Positions 48,914 through 57,883 of a stretch of DNA of 64,000 bases are shown here, piece by piece (the stretch's first letter is position 1; every line of letters starts with the position of its first letter). Position numbers and translations under genes: made by a program. The notes under the pieces are model-generated. The model was not told the DNA's origin. It made no database searches and saw nothing but the letters and a program-made list of their open reading frames with translations. This DNA is from Rhodospirillaceae bacterium (lineage in GTDB: Bacteria > Pseudomonadota > Alphaproteobacteria > CACIAM-22H2), in assembly GCA_022843945.1 (NCBI GenBank), contig JALHMR010000002.1, forward strand, positions 72,073 to 136,072, given 5' to 3'.

Positions 48914-50908
48914 GTGATCGCCTTCCTGGCGGCGGCCGACACCCACGGCGCTGGCGCGGTCGAGCGCCACGAGACGCATGGCGCGCTGGTCTTCCTGGCG
49001 GGCGACCGGGCTTACAAGCTCAAGCGCGCGGTCAAGTTTCCCTACATGGATTTCTCGACGCGCGAGCGGCGGCGCGACGCCTGCGAGAAGGAGCTGCAGG
49101 TCAACCGGCGCACCGCACCCGAGCTCTATCTCGAAGTCAGCCCCGTCGTCCGCCAGGCCGGCGGACCCTTGCAGCTCGGCGGCGAAGGCGAGGTGCTCGA
49201 CTGGGTCGTGGTCATGCGCCGCTTCGCGACCGAGTCGCTGCTGGAGCGCCGGCGCCAGGCCGGGAAGCTCGACGCGCCGCTGCTGCGCCGGCTGGCCGAG
49301 ACCATCGCCGCCTTCCACGGCAGCATCGAGGCCGTGCCCGGCTTCGGTGCCGCCAACGGCCTCGCCGATGTCGTCACCAAAAACCTGACCGTCATCAAGG
49401 GCATGACTGGCCGCGTCTTCGAAGCCGAGCGGGTCGAGCGCCTGGCCCGCCAGGTCTGGCATCTGCTGGACCGTCTCGGTCCGATGCTCGACGCCCGCCG
49501 CGATGCCGGATTGGTGCGCCGCTGTCATGGCGACCTCCACCTCAACAACATCTGCGTGCTCGAAGGCCGACCGGTGCTCTTCGATGCTATCGAGTTCAAC
49601 GACGACTTCGCCTGTATCGACGTGTTCTACGACCTCGCCTTCCTGCTGATGGACCTCGATCGGCACGGCCTCCGCGACTTCGCCAACCTGGTGCTCAACC
49701 GCTATCTCGAGATCCGCCAGGACTATGCCGGCCTCGCGACCCTGCCGCTGTTCCTGTCAACCCGCGCCGCGATCCGCGCCCATGTCACCGTGTCGACCAC
49801 TGTGGCCAAGGGCCAGCCTGACGATCCCGCGCGCCTGGCCGAGGCGCGCCGGTTGCTCGACCTGGCCATCGCCTATAGCGAGCCGCCGCCGCCCCGCCTG
49901 GTCGCCATCGGCGGCCTGTCGGGGACCGGCAAATCGAGCGTGGCCCGGGCGTTGGCCCCCTCGGGCGGACCGTCGCCGGGGGCGGTGGTTCTGCGCAGCG
50001 ACGTCATCCGCAAGCGGTTGATGAATGTGCCGGAGACGACGCGCCTGCCGGAATCGGCGTACGAGCCAGGCGTCACCGTGCGGGTCTTCGCCAGCCTGGC
50101 GGAGACGGCCGGCGTGGCGCTGACCGCCGGCCACGCCGTCGTCGCCGATGCGGTCTACGGCGATCCCGGCCAGCGCGCGGCCATCGCCGCGGTCGCCCGG
50201 GCGGCCGGGGTGCCGTTCGCCGGCTTCTGGCTCGAGGCGCCGCGCGACGTGCTCGAGGCCCGCGTCGCCGACCGCCAGGGCGATGCCTCCGATGCCACGG
50301 TCGAGGTGCTGCGCAGGCAGGTCCAGGGAATTACCCCGCCGGCCGACTGGCTGCGCATCGACGCGATCCGTCCGGTCGCCGACATCGCGCTGGAGCTGAA
50401 CCGGCTCCTGGACGAATCACGCATCGAGGATCTGCCGGGTCTGAATGCGGTGGTGCTGCGTCCGGTACGGCCGGGCGACGAGCCGGCGTTGCAGCGCTTC
50501 TTCGATCGCATGACGGCCGAGGACATCCGCCTGCGCTTCTTCGCCCCCTTGCGCGAGCTGCCGGAGCAGCACCTGGCCCGGCTGGTAGATCTCGACCGCG
50601 AGCGGGAGCTGGCCTGCATCCTCGAAAGCCCGGATGGCATCCTGGGCATCGCCCGTATCGCCGCCGATGCGCAAGGCCGGCGCGCCGAGTTCGCCGTCAC
50701 CGTGCGCAGCGACCTGCAGGGGCGCGGGCTCGGCACGCACCTCCTGCGCCGGCTGGTGACGCATGCCCGCGAACGCGGCCTCGAGGAGATCTACGGTGAC
50801 ATCCTGGCCGAGAACGCCACCATGATCGCCATCTGCCGCGACCTGGGTTTCGAGATCCAGCCGCTGCCCGAGACCAAGGACATCGTCCGGGCGACGCGCC
50901 GGCTTTAG
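48914..50908 (+). CDS. Multidomain protein: phosphotransferase (APH/Kdo-kinase-like) + P-loop kinase + GNAT acetyltransferase
   Basis: HGDLHLNN catalytic-loop motif, P-loop GLSGTGKSS, and a C-terminal GNAT (QGRGLGTHLL). Start uncertain: GTG 48914 is the first in-frame start after the MEMO stop, while the track ORF starts at 48734 inside the MEMO gene. Confidence 0.6.
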   Translation: MIAFLAAADTHGAGAVERHETHGALVFLAGDRAYKLKRAVKFPYMDFSTRERRRDACEKELQVNRRTAPELYLEVSPVVRQAGGPLQLGGEGEVLDWVVVMRRFATESLLERRRQAGKLDAPLLRRLAETIAAFHGSIEAVPGFGAANGLADVVTKNLTVIKGMTGRVFEAERVERLARQVWHLLDRLGPMLDARRDAGLVRRCHGDLHLNNICVLEGRPVLFDAIEFNDDFACIDVFYDLAFLLMDLDRHGLRDFANLVLNRYLEIRQDYAGLATLPLFLSTRAAIRAHVTVSTTVAKGQPDDPARLAEARRLLDLAIAYSEPPPPRLVAIGGLSGTGKSSVARALAPSGGPSPGAVVLRSDVIRKRLMNVPETTRLPESAYEPGVTVRVFASLAETAGVALTAGHAVVADAVYGDPGQRAAIAAVARAAGVPFAGFWLEAPRDVLEARVADRQGDASDATVEVLRRQVQGITPPADWLRIDAIRPVADIALELNRLLDESRIEDLPGLNAVVLRPVRPGDEPALQRFFDRMTAEDIRLRFFAPLRELPEQHLARLVDLDRERELACILESPDGILGIARIAADAQGRRAEFAVTVRSDLQGRGLGTHLLRRLVTHARERGLEEIYGDILAENATMIAICRDLGFEIQPLPETKDIVRATRRL

Positions 50909-50919
50909 TCGCGCCGGTC

Positions 50920-52530
50920 TTAAATACGACGGTCTTCGGCGATCATTGCCGCGGCTTTCTCGGCAATCATGATCACCGGCGAGTTGGTATTGCCGGAGGT
51001 GATGGTCGGCATGATCGAGGCATCGGCGATGCGCAGACCCGAGAGGCCGCGCACCCGCAGCCGTTCATCGACCACGGCGCCCGGGTCCTGGCCCATCTTG
51101 CAGGTGCCGACCGGATGGAAAATCGTCGTGCCGATGTCGCCGGCAGCCTTCGCCAGGTCGATGTCGCTGCTGATCTGCGGGCCCGGGCGGTACTCTTCCG
51201 GCGTGAAGCGCTTCAAGGCCGGGGCGGCACAGATGCGCCGGGTCAGGCGGATGGCATCGGCGGCGACCTGCCGGTCTTCCGGCGTCGCCAGGTAGTTCGG
51301 CCGGATCGCCGGGTGGGCACGCGGGTCCGGGCTCTTGATCCGCACATGCCCGCGGCTGGTCGGCCGCAGGTTGCAGACCGACGCGGTAAAGGCCGGGAAG
51401 GGATGCAGCGGGTCGCCGAACTTGTCGAGCGACAGCGGCTGCACGTGGTATTCGAGATTCGCCGTGTCCTTCGAGGGATCGCTCCTGGCAAACGCACCGA
51501 GCTGGCTCGGCGCCATGGTCAGCGGGCCCTTTTTCATCAGGAAGTATTCGAGGCCCATGCCGAGGCGCCCCATGAGGCGGTTGGCCCGTTCGTTGAGGGT
51601 AACGGTGTTGCTGACCTTGAACACGGTGCGGACCTGGAGATGGTCCTGCAGGTTCTCGCCCACACCCGCCAGATCATGGCGCACGGCGATGCCGTGCTCT
51701 TGCAGTAGCGCCGCCGGGCCGATGCCGGAAAGCTGCAGGAGCTGCGGCGAGCCGATGGACCCGGCCGACAGGATCACCTCGCCCGCATCGGCGTAGTACT
51801 CAATGCCGTGCTGGAAGAACTCGATGCCGGTACAGCGCTTGCCGTCGAGGCGCAGCGCCTTGGCCTGGGCATGGGTAAGGACCTTGAGGTTGGGGCGCTT
51901 GGCCGCCGGCCGCAGGAAGCCCTTGGCCGTGGTCCAGCGCACGCCCTTCTTCTGGTTGACCTGGAAGTAGCCGCAGCCTTCGTTGTCGCCCCGGTTGAAG
52001 TCGTCGGTCTTGGGAATGCCAGTCTCCGCCGCCGCCTCGCGGAAGGCGTCGAGAATCTCCCAGCGCAGGCGCATCTCCTCGACACGCCATTCGCCGCCGG
52101 CACCATGCGCCTCGTCGGCGCCGTGGACGAAGTCTTCGGACTTTCGGAAGTAGGGCAGCACGTCATCCCATGACCAGCCGGGATTGCCCATCTGGCGCCA
52201 GAGGTCGTAGTCGCGTGCCTGGCCGCGCATGTAGATCATGCCGTTGATGGCCGAACAGCCGCCCAACACCTTGCCGCGCGGGTAGTTGAGCGCCCGGCCG
52301 TTGAGTCCCGGCTCGGCCTCGGTCTTGAAGCACCAGTCGGTGCGCGGGTTGTTCTGGGTGTAAAGGTAGCCAATCGGGATGTGGATCCAGATGTAGTTGT
52401 CGCGGCCGCCCGCCTCGAGCAGCAGGACGCGCACGTTGGGATCGGCCGACAGGCGGTTGGCCAGCACGCAGCCGGCCGAGCCGGCGCCGACGATGACGTA
52501 GTCGAATTTCCCGATGGCGGCCGCGGTCAT
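50920..52530 (-). CDS. GMC-family FAD oxidoreductase (choline/alcohol dehydrogenase-like)
   Basis: DYVIVGAGSAGCVLANRLS FAD-binding motif plus GMC signatures. Start at Met 52530. Confidence 0.85.
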   Translation of the reverse strand: MTAAAIGKFDYVIVGAGSAGCVLANRLSADPNVRVLLLEAGGRDNYIWIHIPIGYLYTQNNPRTDWCFKTEAEPGLNGRALNYPRGKVLGGCSAINGMIYMRGQARDYDLWRQMGNPGWSWDDVLPYFRKSEDFVHGADEAHGAGGEWRVEEMRLRWEILDAFREAAAETGIPKTDDFNRGDNEGCGYFQVNQKKGVRWTTAKGFLRPAAKRPNLKVLTHAQAKALRLDGKRCTGIEFFQHGIEYYADAGEVILSAGSIGSPQLLQLSGIGPAALLQEHGIAVRHDLAGVGENLQDHLQVRTVFKVSNTVTLNERANRLMGRLGMGLEYFLMKKGPLTMAPSQLGAFARSDPSKDTANLEYHVQPLSLDKFGDPLHPFPAFTASVCNLRPTSRGHVRIKSPDPRAHPAIRPNYLATPEDRQVAADAIRLTRRICAAPALKRFTPEEYRPGPQISSDIDLAKAAGDIGTTIFHPVGTCKMGQDPGAVVDERLRVRGLSGLRIADASIMPTITSGNTNSPVIMIAEKAAAMIAEDRRI

Positions 52531-53243
52531 GACGCGCTGTAGCCGCCGTCCACGGGGATGGTCACGCCGGTGATCAGTTTCGCCGCCGGCGAGGCCAGGA
52601 ACACCGCCGCGCCGCCGATGTCCTCCGGCTCTCCCCAATTCCCGTCGGGCAGCCGCTCCGACACCTTGCGGAAGAATTCGGGGTTTTCGCGGCCGGGACG
52701 GGTCAGCTCGGTCTTGATCCAGCCCGGGGCGATGGCGTTGACCCGGATGCCGTCCTTGGCCCAGGCCAGGGCCAGCGACTTGGTGAGCTGCACCAGCGCC
52801 GCCTTGGCGGCGCCGTAGGCCGGCGCGTGGGGGCTTCCGAAGTAGGAGTACATCGATCCGATATTGATGATGCTGCCCTTGGCCGCGGCGAGTTGCGGCT
52901 TGAAGGCGGTGGCCATGCGAAAGCTGCCGAAGAGATGCGTGTTGATCGTGTCCTGGAAGGCCTCAAACTCGTATTCGCGGCCCCGGTTGATCTTGCCGGC
53001 GCACTGCACCAGAACATCCAGCTTCGGTGTTCCTTCGGCCAGCTTCTGGATGGCCGCCGCGTCGCAGACGTCCAGCACCACATGCTTGAACCCGTCGCTG
53101 CCGCCTGTGGCGGGAGACAGGTCGGCGAGCGTCACCGTGGCACCGAGATCGCGGAAGGCCTCGCCGATTGCCAGGCCGATGCCGCGGCGACCTCCGGTCA
53201 CCATCACCTGCTTGCCGGAGACGTCGAAACTGGGCGCCGCCAT
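52527..53243 (-). CDS. SDR-family oxidoreductase
   Basis: VTGGRRGIG motif and YGAAKAA YxxxK. ATGA overlap with the GMC gene. Confidence 0.85.
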   Translation of the reverse strand: MAAPSFDVSGKQVMVTGGRRGIGLAIGEAFRDLGATVTLADLSPATGGSDGFKHVVLDVCDAAAIQKLAEGTPKLDVLVQCAGKINRGREYEFEAFQDTINTHLFGSFRMATAFKPQLAAAKGSIINIGSMYSYFGSPHAPAYGAAKAALVQLTKSLALAWAKDGIRVNAIAPGWIKTELTRPGRENPEFFRKVSERLPDGNWGEPEDIGGAAVFLASPAAKLITGVTIPVDGGYSAS

Positions 53244-53345
53244 CGTTCCCCCTTTTTATGGTCGCCGACCCTGCCGCAAATTGCGGCCAAGGGCAAATGC
53301 CTCCGGGCGGTAGACGCCGCGCCGCCATATCCGTAGCCTCGGCAG

Positions 53346-54596
53346 ATGCACAGCGCAGTCTGGCCCCTGGCGGCGATCATTGCCGGCATCTTCATCCTGC
53401 AGGGCGGCAACGGCCTGCTCGGCACCTTCCTGTCGCTGCGCCTGGCCCTCGAGGGGGTGCCGTCCTTCCTGATCGGCGTGGTCGTCGCCTCCTACTCGGG
53501 CGGCTTCCTGGTGAGCTGCCTCTTTGGCCACCGGCTGATCCGGAATGTGGGCCATATCCGCGCTTTCGCCGTCTGCGCGGCGGTGATGTGCTGCGTGACC
53601 CTGGCCTTTGCCCTGCGCGTCGATCCCTACGTCTGGGCCGGGCTGCGCTTTCTCACCGGCGTGGCGGCCGCCGGCATGTTCATGATCGGCGAAAGCTGGC
53701 TCAACGATCGTACGCCGTCGTCGATCCGCGGCCGGGTCTTCGCCACCTACACAACGTCCAACATGATCGCGCAGAGCAGCTGCCAGCTCCTGCTGTTCGT
53801 CGCCGACCCGGCCGGGCTGGCGCTGTTCATGGTCACCGCCGGCCTCTTTGCCGCCTGTCTCATTCCCGTGGCGCTGACCAGCGCCTCGGCGCCGGCCCTG
53901 CCATCGATCGAGGCCTTCGGCTTGCGGCAGCTCTTCCGGGTGTCGCCGGTGGCTGTGGTCGGCTGTATCACGGCCGGACTGGTCAACGCGTCGGTCGGCG
54001 GCCTGGCGCCCGTCTTCGCGCTGGGTGTCGGGCTCGGCAGCTCGGAGGTCGGCGTGTTCACCGCCGCCCTGGTGCTCGGCGGCCTGCTACTGCAGTGGCC
54101 GCTCGGTCGCCTCTCGGACCGCTACGACCGGCGCCTGGTGCTGCTCGGCGCCGTCGTCGCGGCCGTGGCCGTCGGCCTGACCCTCGCGGTCTCGACGGGC
54201 GGCCCGGCAGCAGGCCTGGTGGTGCTGGCCATGGCCTTCGGCGGCACCGCCTATTCCGTCTATCCGATCTCCGCGACGCATGCCAACGACCATGCCCACC
54301 GCCAGCACGCGGTCTCGGTGTCGAGCGGCCTGCTGCTGTCCTGGGCGATCGGCTCGATCGTCGGTCCGCTCCTGGCCACGGCGACCATGGGCCTGCTCGG
54401 TCCAGCCGGCCTCTTCCTCTACACGGCCAGCATCGGCGCGCTGCTCGCGCTCTACATCGTCTGGCGCATGACGCGCCGCGCTCCCGTGCCAGCGGAGCAG
54501 CGCGGTGCTTTCGTCGCGCAATCGCAGACGACCACCCAGGTCGCCACGGAGCTCAACCCGCGCCTTGACTCGGGCGCCCATCCCAAGAATCAGTGA
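53346..54596 (+). CDS. MFS transporter
   Basis: Twelve predicted transmembrane helices and an MFS-type loop (GRLSDRYDRR). Confidence 0.85.
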   Translation: MHSAVWPLAAIIAGIFILQGGNGLLGTFLSLRLALEGVPSFLIGVVVASYSGGFLVSCLFGHRLIRNVGHIRAFAVCAAVMCCVTLAFALRVDPYVWAGLRFLTGVAAAGMFMIGESWLNDRTPSSIRGRVFATYTTSNMIAQSSCQLLLFVADPAGLALFMVTAGLFAACLIPVALTSASAPALPSIEAFGLRQLFRVSPVAVVGCITAGLVNASVGGLAPVFALGVGLGSSEVGVFTAALVLGGLLLQWPLGRLSDRYDRRLVLLGAVVAAVAVGLTLAVSTGGPAAGLVVLAMAFGGTAYSVYPISATHANDHAHRQHAVSVSSGLLLSWAIGSIVGPLLATATMGLLGPAGLFLYTASIGALLALYIVWRMTRRAPVPAEQRGAFVAQSQTTTQVATELNPRLDSGAHPKNQ

Positions 54597-54638
54597 CCCC
54601 AAGGATCAGTGACACGACAACGAATTCGGGAGAAAACG

Positions 54639-55415
54639 ATGCAGCTTGGTCTCAAGAACAAGCGGGTGCTGGTGACGGCGGGCGCGGCCGGCATCGGCCG
54701 GGCCACGGCGCGGGCTTTCGCGGCCGAGGGCGCCAAGGTCTTCATCTGCGATGTCGACACGGCCTCGCTGGCTGACTTCGCCAAGGAGAATCCCGGCATC
54801 GGCACCACGGTGGCCGACGTCTCGGACGAGAAGGCAGTCGATCACCTGTTCGCCGAAGCGGGCAAGTTCCTCGGCGGCCTCGATATCCTGATCAACAATG
54901 CCGGCATCGCCGGGCCGACCGGCCCCGTGGAGACCCTGAGCCTGGAGGACTGGCGTCGGACGCTCGACATCAACATCACCGGTCAGTTCCTCTGCGCCCG
55001 CAAGGCCGTGCCGCTGCTGCGCAAGGCCGGCGGCGGGAGCATCATCAACCTGTCGTCGGCCGCCGGCCGCTTCGGCTTTCCGCGGCGCACGCCGTACTCG
55101 GCCTCCAAATGGGCGGTGGTCGGCTTCACCAAGAGCCTGGCGATGGAGCTGGGGCCCGACAAGATCCGGGTCAATGCCATCCTGCCGGGAGCGGTGGATG
55201 GGCCGCGCATCCGCCGTGTCATCGAGGCCAAGGCGAAATCGGTCGGTGTGTCGTTCGCGGAGATGGAGAAGAAATACGTGACGCAGGCCTCGTTGGCCCG
55301 CATGGTCTCCGCCGACGACATTGCCAACCAGATCCTGTTCGTCTGCTCCGATGCCGGGCAGAACGTGTCCGGACAGCCGCTGGCGGTCGACGCCGACACC
55401 CAGTACCTCATCTGA
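54639..55415 (+). CDS. SDR-family oxidoreductase (3-hydroxybutyrate-dehydrogenase-like)
   Basis: VTAGAAGIGRA motif and YSASKWAV YxxxK. GGGAG RBS. Confidence 0.85.
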   Translation: MQLGLKNKRVLVTAGAAGIGRATARAFAAEGAKVFICDVDTASLADFAKENPGIGTTVADVSDEKAVDHLFAEAGKFLGGLDILINNAGIAGPTGPVETLSLEDWRRTLDINITGQFLCARKAVPLLRKAGGGSIINLSSAAGRFGFPRRTPYSASKWAVVGFTKSLAMELGPDKIRVNAILPGAVDGPRIRRVIEAKAKSVGVSFAEMEKKYVTQASLARMVSADDIANQILFVCSDAGQNVSGQPLAVDADTQYLI

Positions 55416-55425
55416 AAGGACGCCC

Positions 55426-56367
55426 ATGGAGAGTATCGGCATCGTAGGCGCTGGTCTGATCGGCCGGGCCTGGGCGATCGTCTTTGCCCGCGCCGGGCAC
55501 ACGGTGCGGCTGTGGGATGGCATGGCCGAGCAGCGCCAGGCGGCGCTGTCGATCATCGGCGAGCGTCTGAAGGATCTGGAAGCAGCCGGCCTGGTCAAGG
55601 ATCCGCCGGCCATCCTGGCGCGCATCACGGCCGTCGACACAATGGGCGAGGCGGTACGCGACGCCGACTACGTGCAGGAATGCCTGCCGGAGATCCTTGA
55701 CCTCAAGCGCGAGACCTTTGCCGAACTGGACAGGCTGGCGAAGCCGGAGGCCATCCTCGCCAGCTCGACCTCGACCATGCCGGCTTCGTCCTTCACCGAG
55801 GGCGTGAAGGGGCGGGCGCGCTGCCTGGTGGCGCATCCCGTCAATCCGCCTTACCTCGTGCCGCTGGTGGAGCTGTCAGGCGCGCCGTGGACGAGTGCCG
55901 CGACCCTGGAGCGCGCCCGCGCCATCCAGGCCGCCGCTGGCCAGAAGCCGATCACCGTGCAGCGCGAGATCCACGGCTTCATCCTCAACCGTTTGCAGGG
56001 GGCGCTGCTCAACGAGGCCTTTCGGCTGGTCGAGGACGGCTACGTCACGCCCGAGGATCTCGACACGACCATCGCGCACGGCCTGGGCCTGCGCTGGTCG
56101 TTCATGGGTCCGTTCGAGACCATCGACCTGAATGCGCCGGACGGCCTCGCCGATTACTGCCGGCGCTACGGCGCGGTCTATCACGACATGGCCAAGCAGC
56201 AGGCCGACCCACGCGTCTGGAGCGACAGGCTGGTGGCGTCGTTGGAGAGTGGGCGGCGTCAGGCGCTTCCGGCCGCGAATCTGGGCGAGCGCCAGGCCTG
56301 GCGCGACCGGCGGCTGATGGCACTGGCGGCGCACAAGCGCGCCATGGACGCCAGGGACGGCGGCTGA
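55426..56367 (+). CDS. 3-hydroxyacyl-CoA dehydrogenase family protein (NAD-binding; L-carnitine/3-hydroxybutyryl-CoA DH-like)
   Basis: IGIVGAGLIGRAWA Rossmann motif and the 3HCDH fold. AAAGGA RBS. Confidence 0.8.
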   Translation: MESIGIVGAGLIGRAWAIVFARAGHTVRLWDGMAEQRQAALSIIGERLKDLEAAGLVKDPPAILARITAVDTMGEAVRDADYVQECLPEILDLKRETFAELDRLAKPEAILASSTSTMPASSFTEGVKGRARCLVAHPVNPPYLVPLVELSGAPWTSAATLERARAIQAAAGQKPITVQREIHGFILNRLQGALLNEAFRLVEDGYVTPEDLDTTIAHGLGLRWSFMGPFETIDLNAPDGLADYCRRYGAVYHDMAKQQADPRVWSDRLVASLESGRRQALPAANLGERQAWRDRRLMALAAHKRAMDARDGG

Positions 56368-56514
56368 TGGGAACGAGCAAGCCCGAGCGCGCTCGGAAAT
56401 AGGAGACGGGCGGCTGCACGGGCGGATATCAAAAGGACGTTCTTGTGCCGCGGGATGACAGGCCTTATCTGAGTATAGAAGTCCCGGCATGTCTGTCTGA
56501 CGAGGACGCGTAGC

Positions 56515-57027
56515 ATGCTGTCCAAGGTGACCTTTTTCCTCGCGCTGTTCGTGGCGGTTCAGGCGCACGCTGGCGACCTTGGGATCACCGTCCATACCGT
56601 GCGGTCCAATGCCGGGTCACTGATGATCGGGCTTTATGACACGGGAGAGGGGTTCCGGGCGGCGGTCCGGAACTCGACCGAGGCTGGTCTGCTGAACGAC
56701 CGGGCGCGTGTCGCCGGCATTGCCTTGCGGGCGGTCGCCGGCGCTCAGACTATCGTCATCAGCGGCCTGAAGCCGGGCCGCTATGCGGTCATCGCGTTCC
56801 ATGACGAGAACGACGACGGAAAGCTGGGTCAGTCACCCTGGGGGGTGCCGACCGAAGCTTACGGATTCAGCAACAACGCCCGCGGCTTCCTGCGGGCGCC
56901 TTCCTTCTCTGCCGCCGCGTTTGAGGTCGGTGAATCCGGCGCGACGACGGCCATCTCGCTGATTTACCCCGAATTCTTCCTGCCGGAAGACCTAATCGTC
57001 GACAAGCCGCCCGTCGACAAACAGTAA
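56515..57027 (+). CDS. DUF2141-family secreted protein
   Basis: Signal peptide and the conserved DUF2141 core (VIAFHDENDDGKLGQSPWGVPTEAYGFSNNARG). Confidence 0.65.
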   Translation: MLSKVTFFLALFVAVQAHAGDLGITVHTVRSNAGSLMIGLYDTGEGFRAAVRNSTEAGLLNDRARVAGIALRAVAGAQTIVISGLKPGRYAVIAFHDENDDGKLGQSPWGVPTEAYGFSNNARGFLRAPSFSAAAFEVGESGATTAISLIYPEFFLPEDLIVDKPPVDKQ

Positions 57028-57121
57028 TATAGATCTGGAAGCCGCGTTGCGGCCGCCCGCGGCGTTATGTTCCCGGTGGGGAGTTGCCCATGGCCCCGCC
57101 GATCCGGGAGTTCAATCCCCC

Positions 57122-57727
57122 ATGCGTCTGCCCCGTCTCGCTGCCGTCGGTCTCGCCATCGGGCTGACCCTGCCTGCGTTACCTAGCTTCGCCGCCAGCG
57201 ATGCCGTCACCCTGGTTACCGAGTTCTGCGATGCGACCTTGAAGATCGTCAACGATCAGCGGATCGGAGCGGTCGATCGGGAGCGCCGGTTCCGTGGGTT
57301 GGTCGGCAGTTATCTCGATTTTCCGGCGATCGCGACCTTCGTGCTGGGACGCTTCTGGCAGAAGGCGAGCGAGAGTGAACGCCAGGAGTTCACCGAGGCC
57401 TTCGAAGAGAACATGGTTCGTGCCTATATTGCGCGCTTCAAAATTCTGTATCGCGGTGAGACAATCAGGGTCAGGGGTGCTCGCCCGGACGGTGCCGGCG
57501 TTACCATCGTGCCTGTCGAGATCCTGCGTCCCGACGCCCGACCGCCGTTGATCCTGGAATGGAAGGTTCAGGGAGTATCGCCCAATCTGCGAATCCATGA
57601 CGTCAGCGTCAGTGGCGTCAGCATGGCTCGTACCTACCGGGATGAATTCGCTTCGGTGATCCTGCGCAGCAACGGGCAGCTCGCAGTTCTCATCGCCGCC
57701 CTGCGCGAGAAGCCTGACGAGGACTAG
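57122..57727 (+). CDS. MlaC/Ttg2D-like periplasmic (phospho)lipid-binding protein
   Basis: Signal peptide and FVLGRFWQKASESERQEF...FEENMVRAYIARF, typical of the toluene-tolerance Ttg2D/MlaC family. Confidence 0.6.
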   Translation: MRLPRLAAVGLAIGLTLPALPSFAASDAVTLVTEFCDATLKIVNDQRIGAVDRERRFRGLVGSYLDFPAIATFVLGRFWQKASESERQEFTEAFEENMVRAYIARFKILYRGETIRVRGARPDGAGVTIVPVEILRPDARPPLILEWKVQGVSPNLRIHDVSVSGVSMARTYRDEFASVILRSNGQLAVLIAALREKPDED

Positions 57728-57764
57728 CCGTGTCTTCCCGCCGCTCACGAGTACGACCGCGGCA

Positions 57765-57880
57765 GAGAGTGGGCGGCGTCAGGCCCTTCCGGCCGCGAAA
57801 CTCAACGAACGCCAGGCCTGGCGCGACCGGCGCCTGATGGCGCTGGCGGCGCACAAGCGCGCCATGGACGCCTAGGACGG
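57765..57880 (+). pseudogene. Decayed duplicate of the 3' end of the 55426-56367 dehydrogenase gene
   Basis: About 115 bp, roughly 88% identical to 56253-56367 (GAGTGGGCGGCGTCAGG...GGCGCGACCGG...GCGCACAAGCGCGCCATGGACGCC...), carrying a premature TAG. Confidence 0.6.
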
Positions 57881-57883
57881 CGG

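Noticed and set aside
57100-57121. T-loop-like GGGAGTTCAATCCCC upstream of the MlaC-like gene, considered as a possible tRNA fragment
   Set aside because: The flanks are not complementary, so they cannot form a T-stem. No acceptor stem, anticodon arm or CCA context is present. This is not a tRNA.
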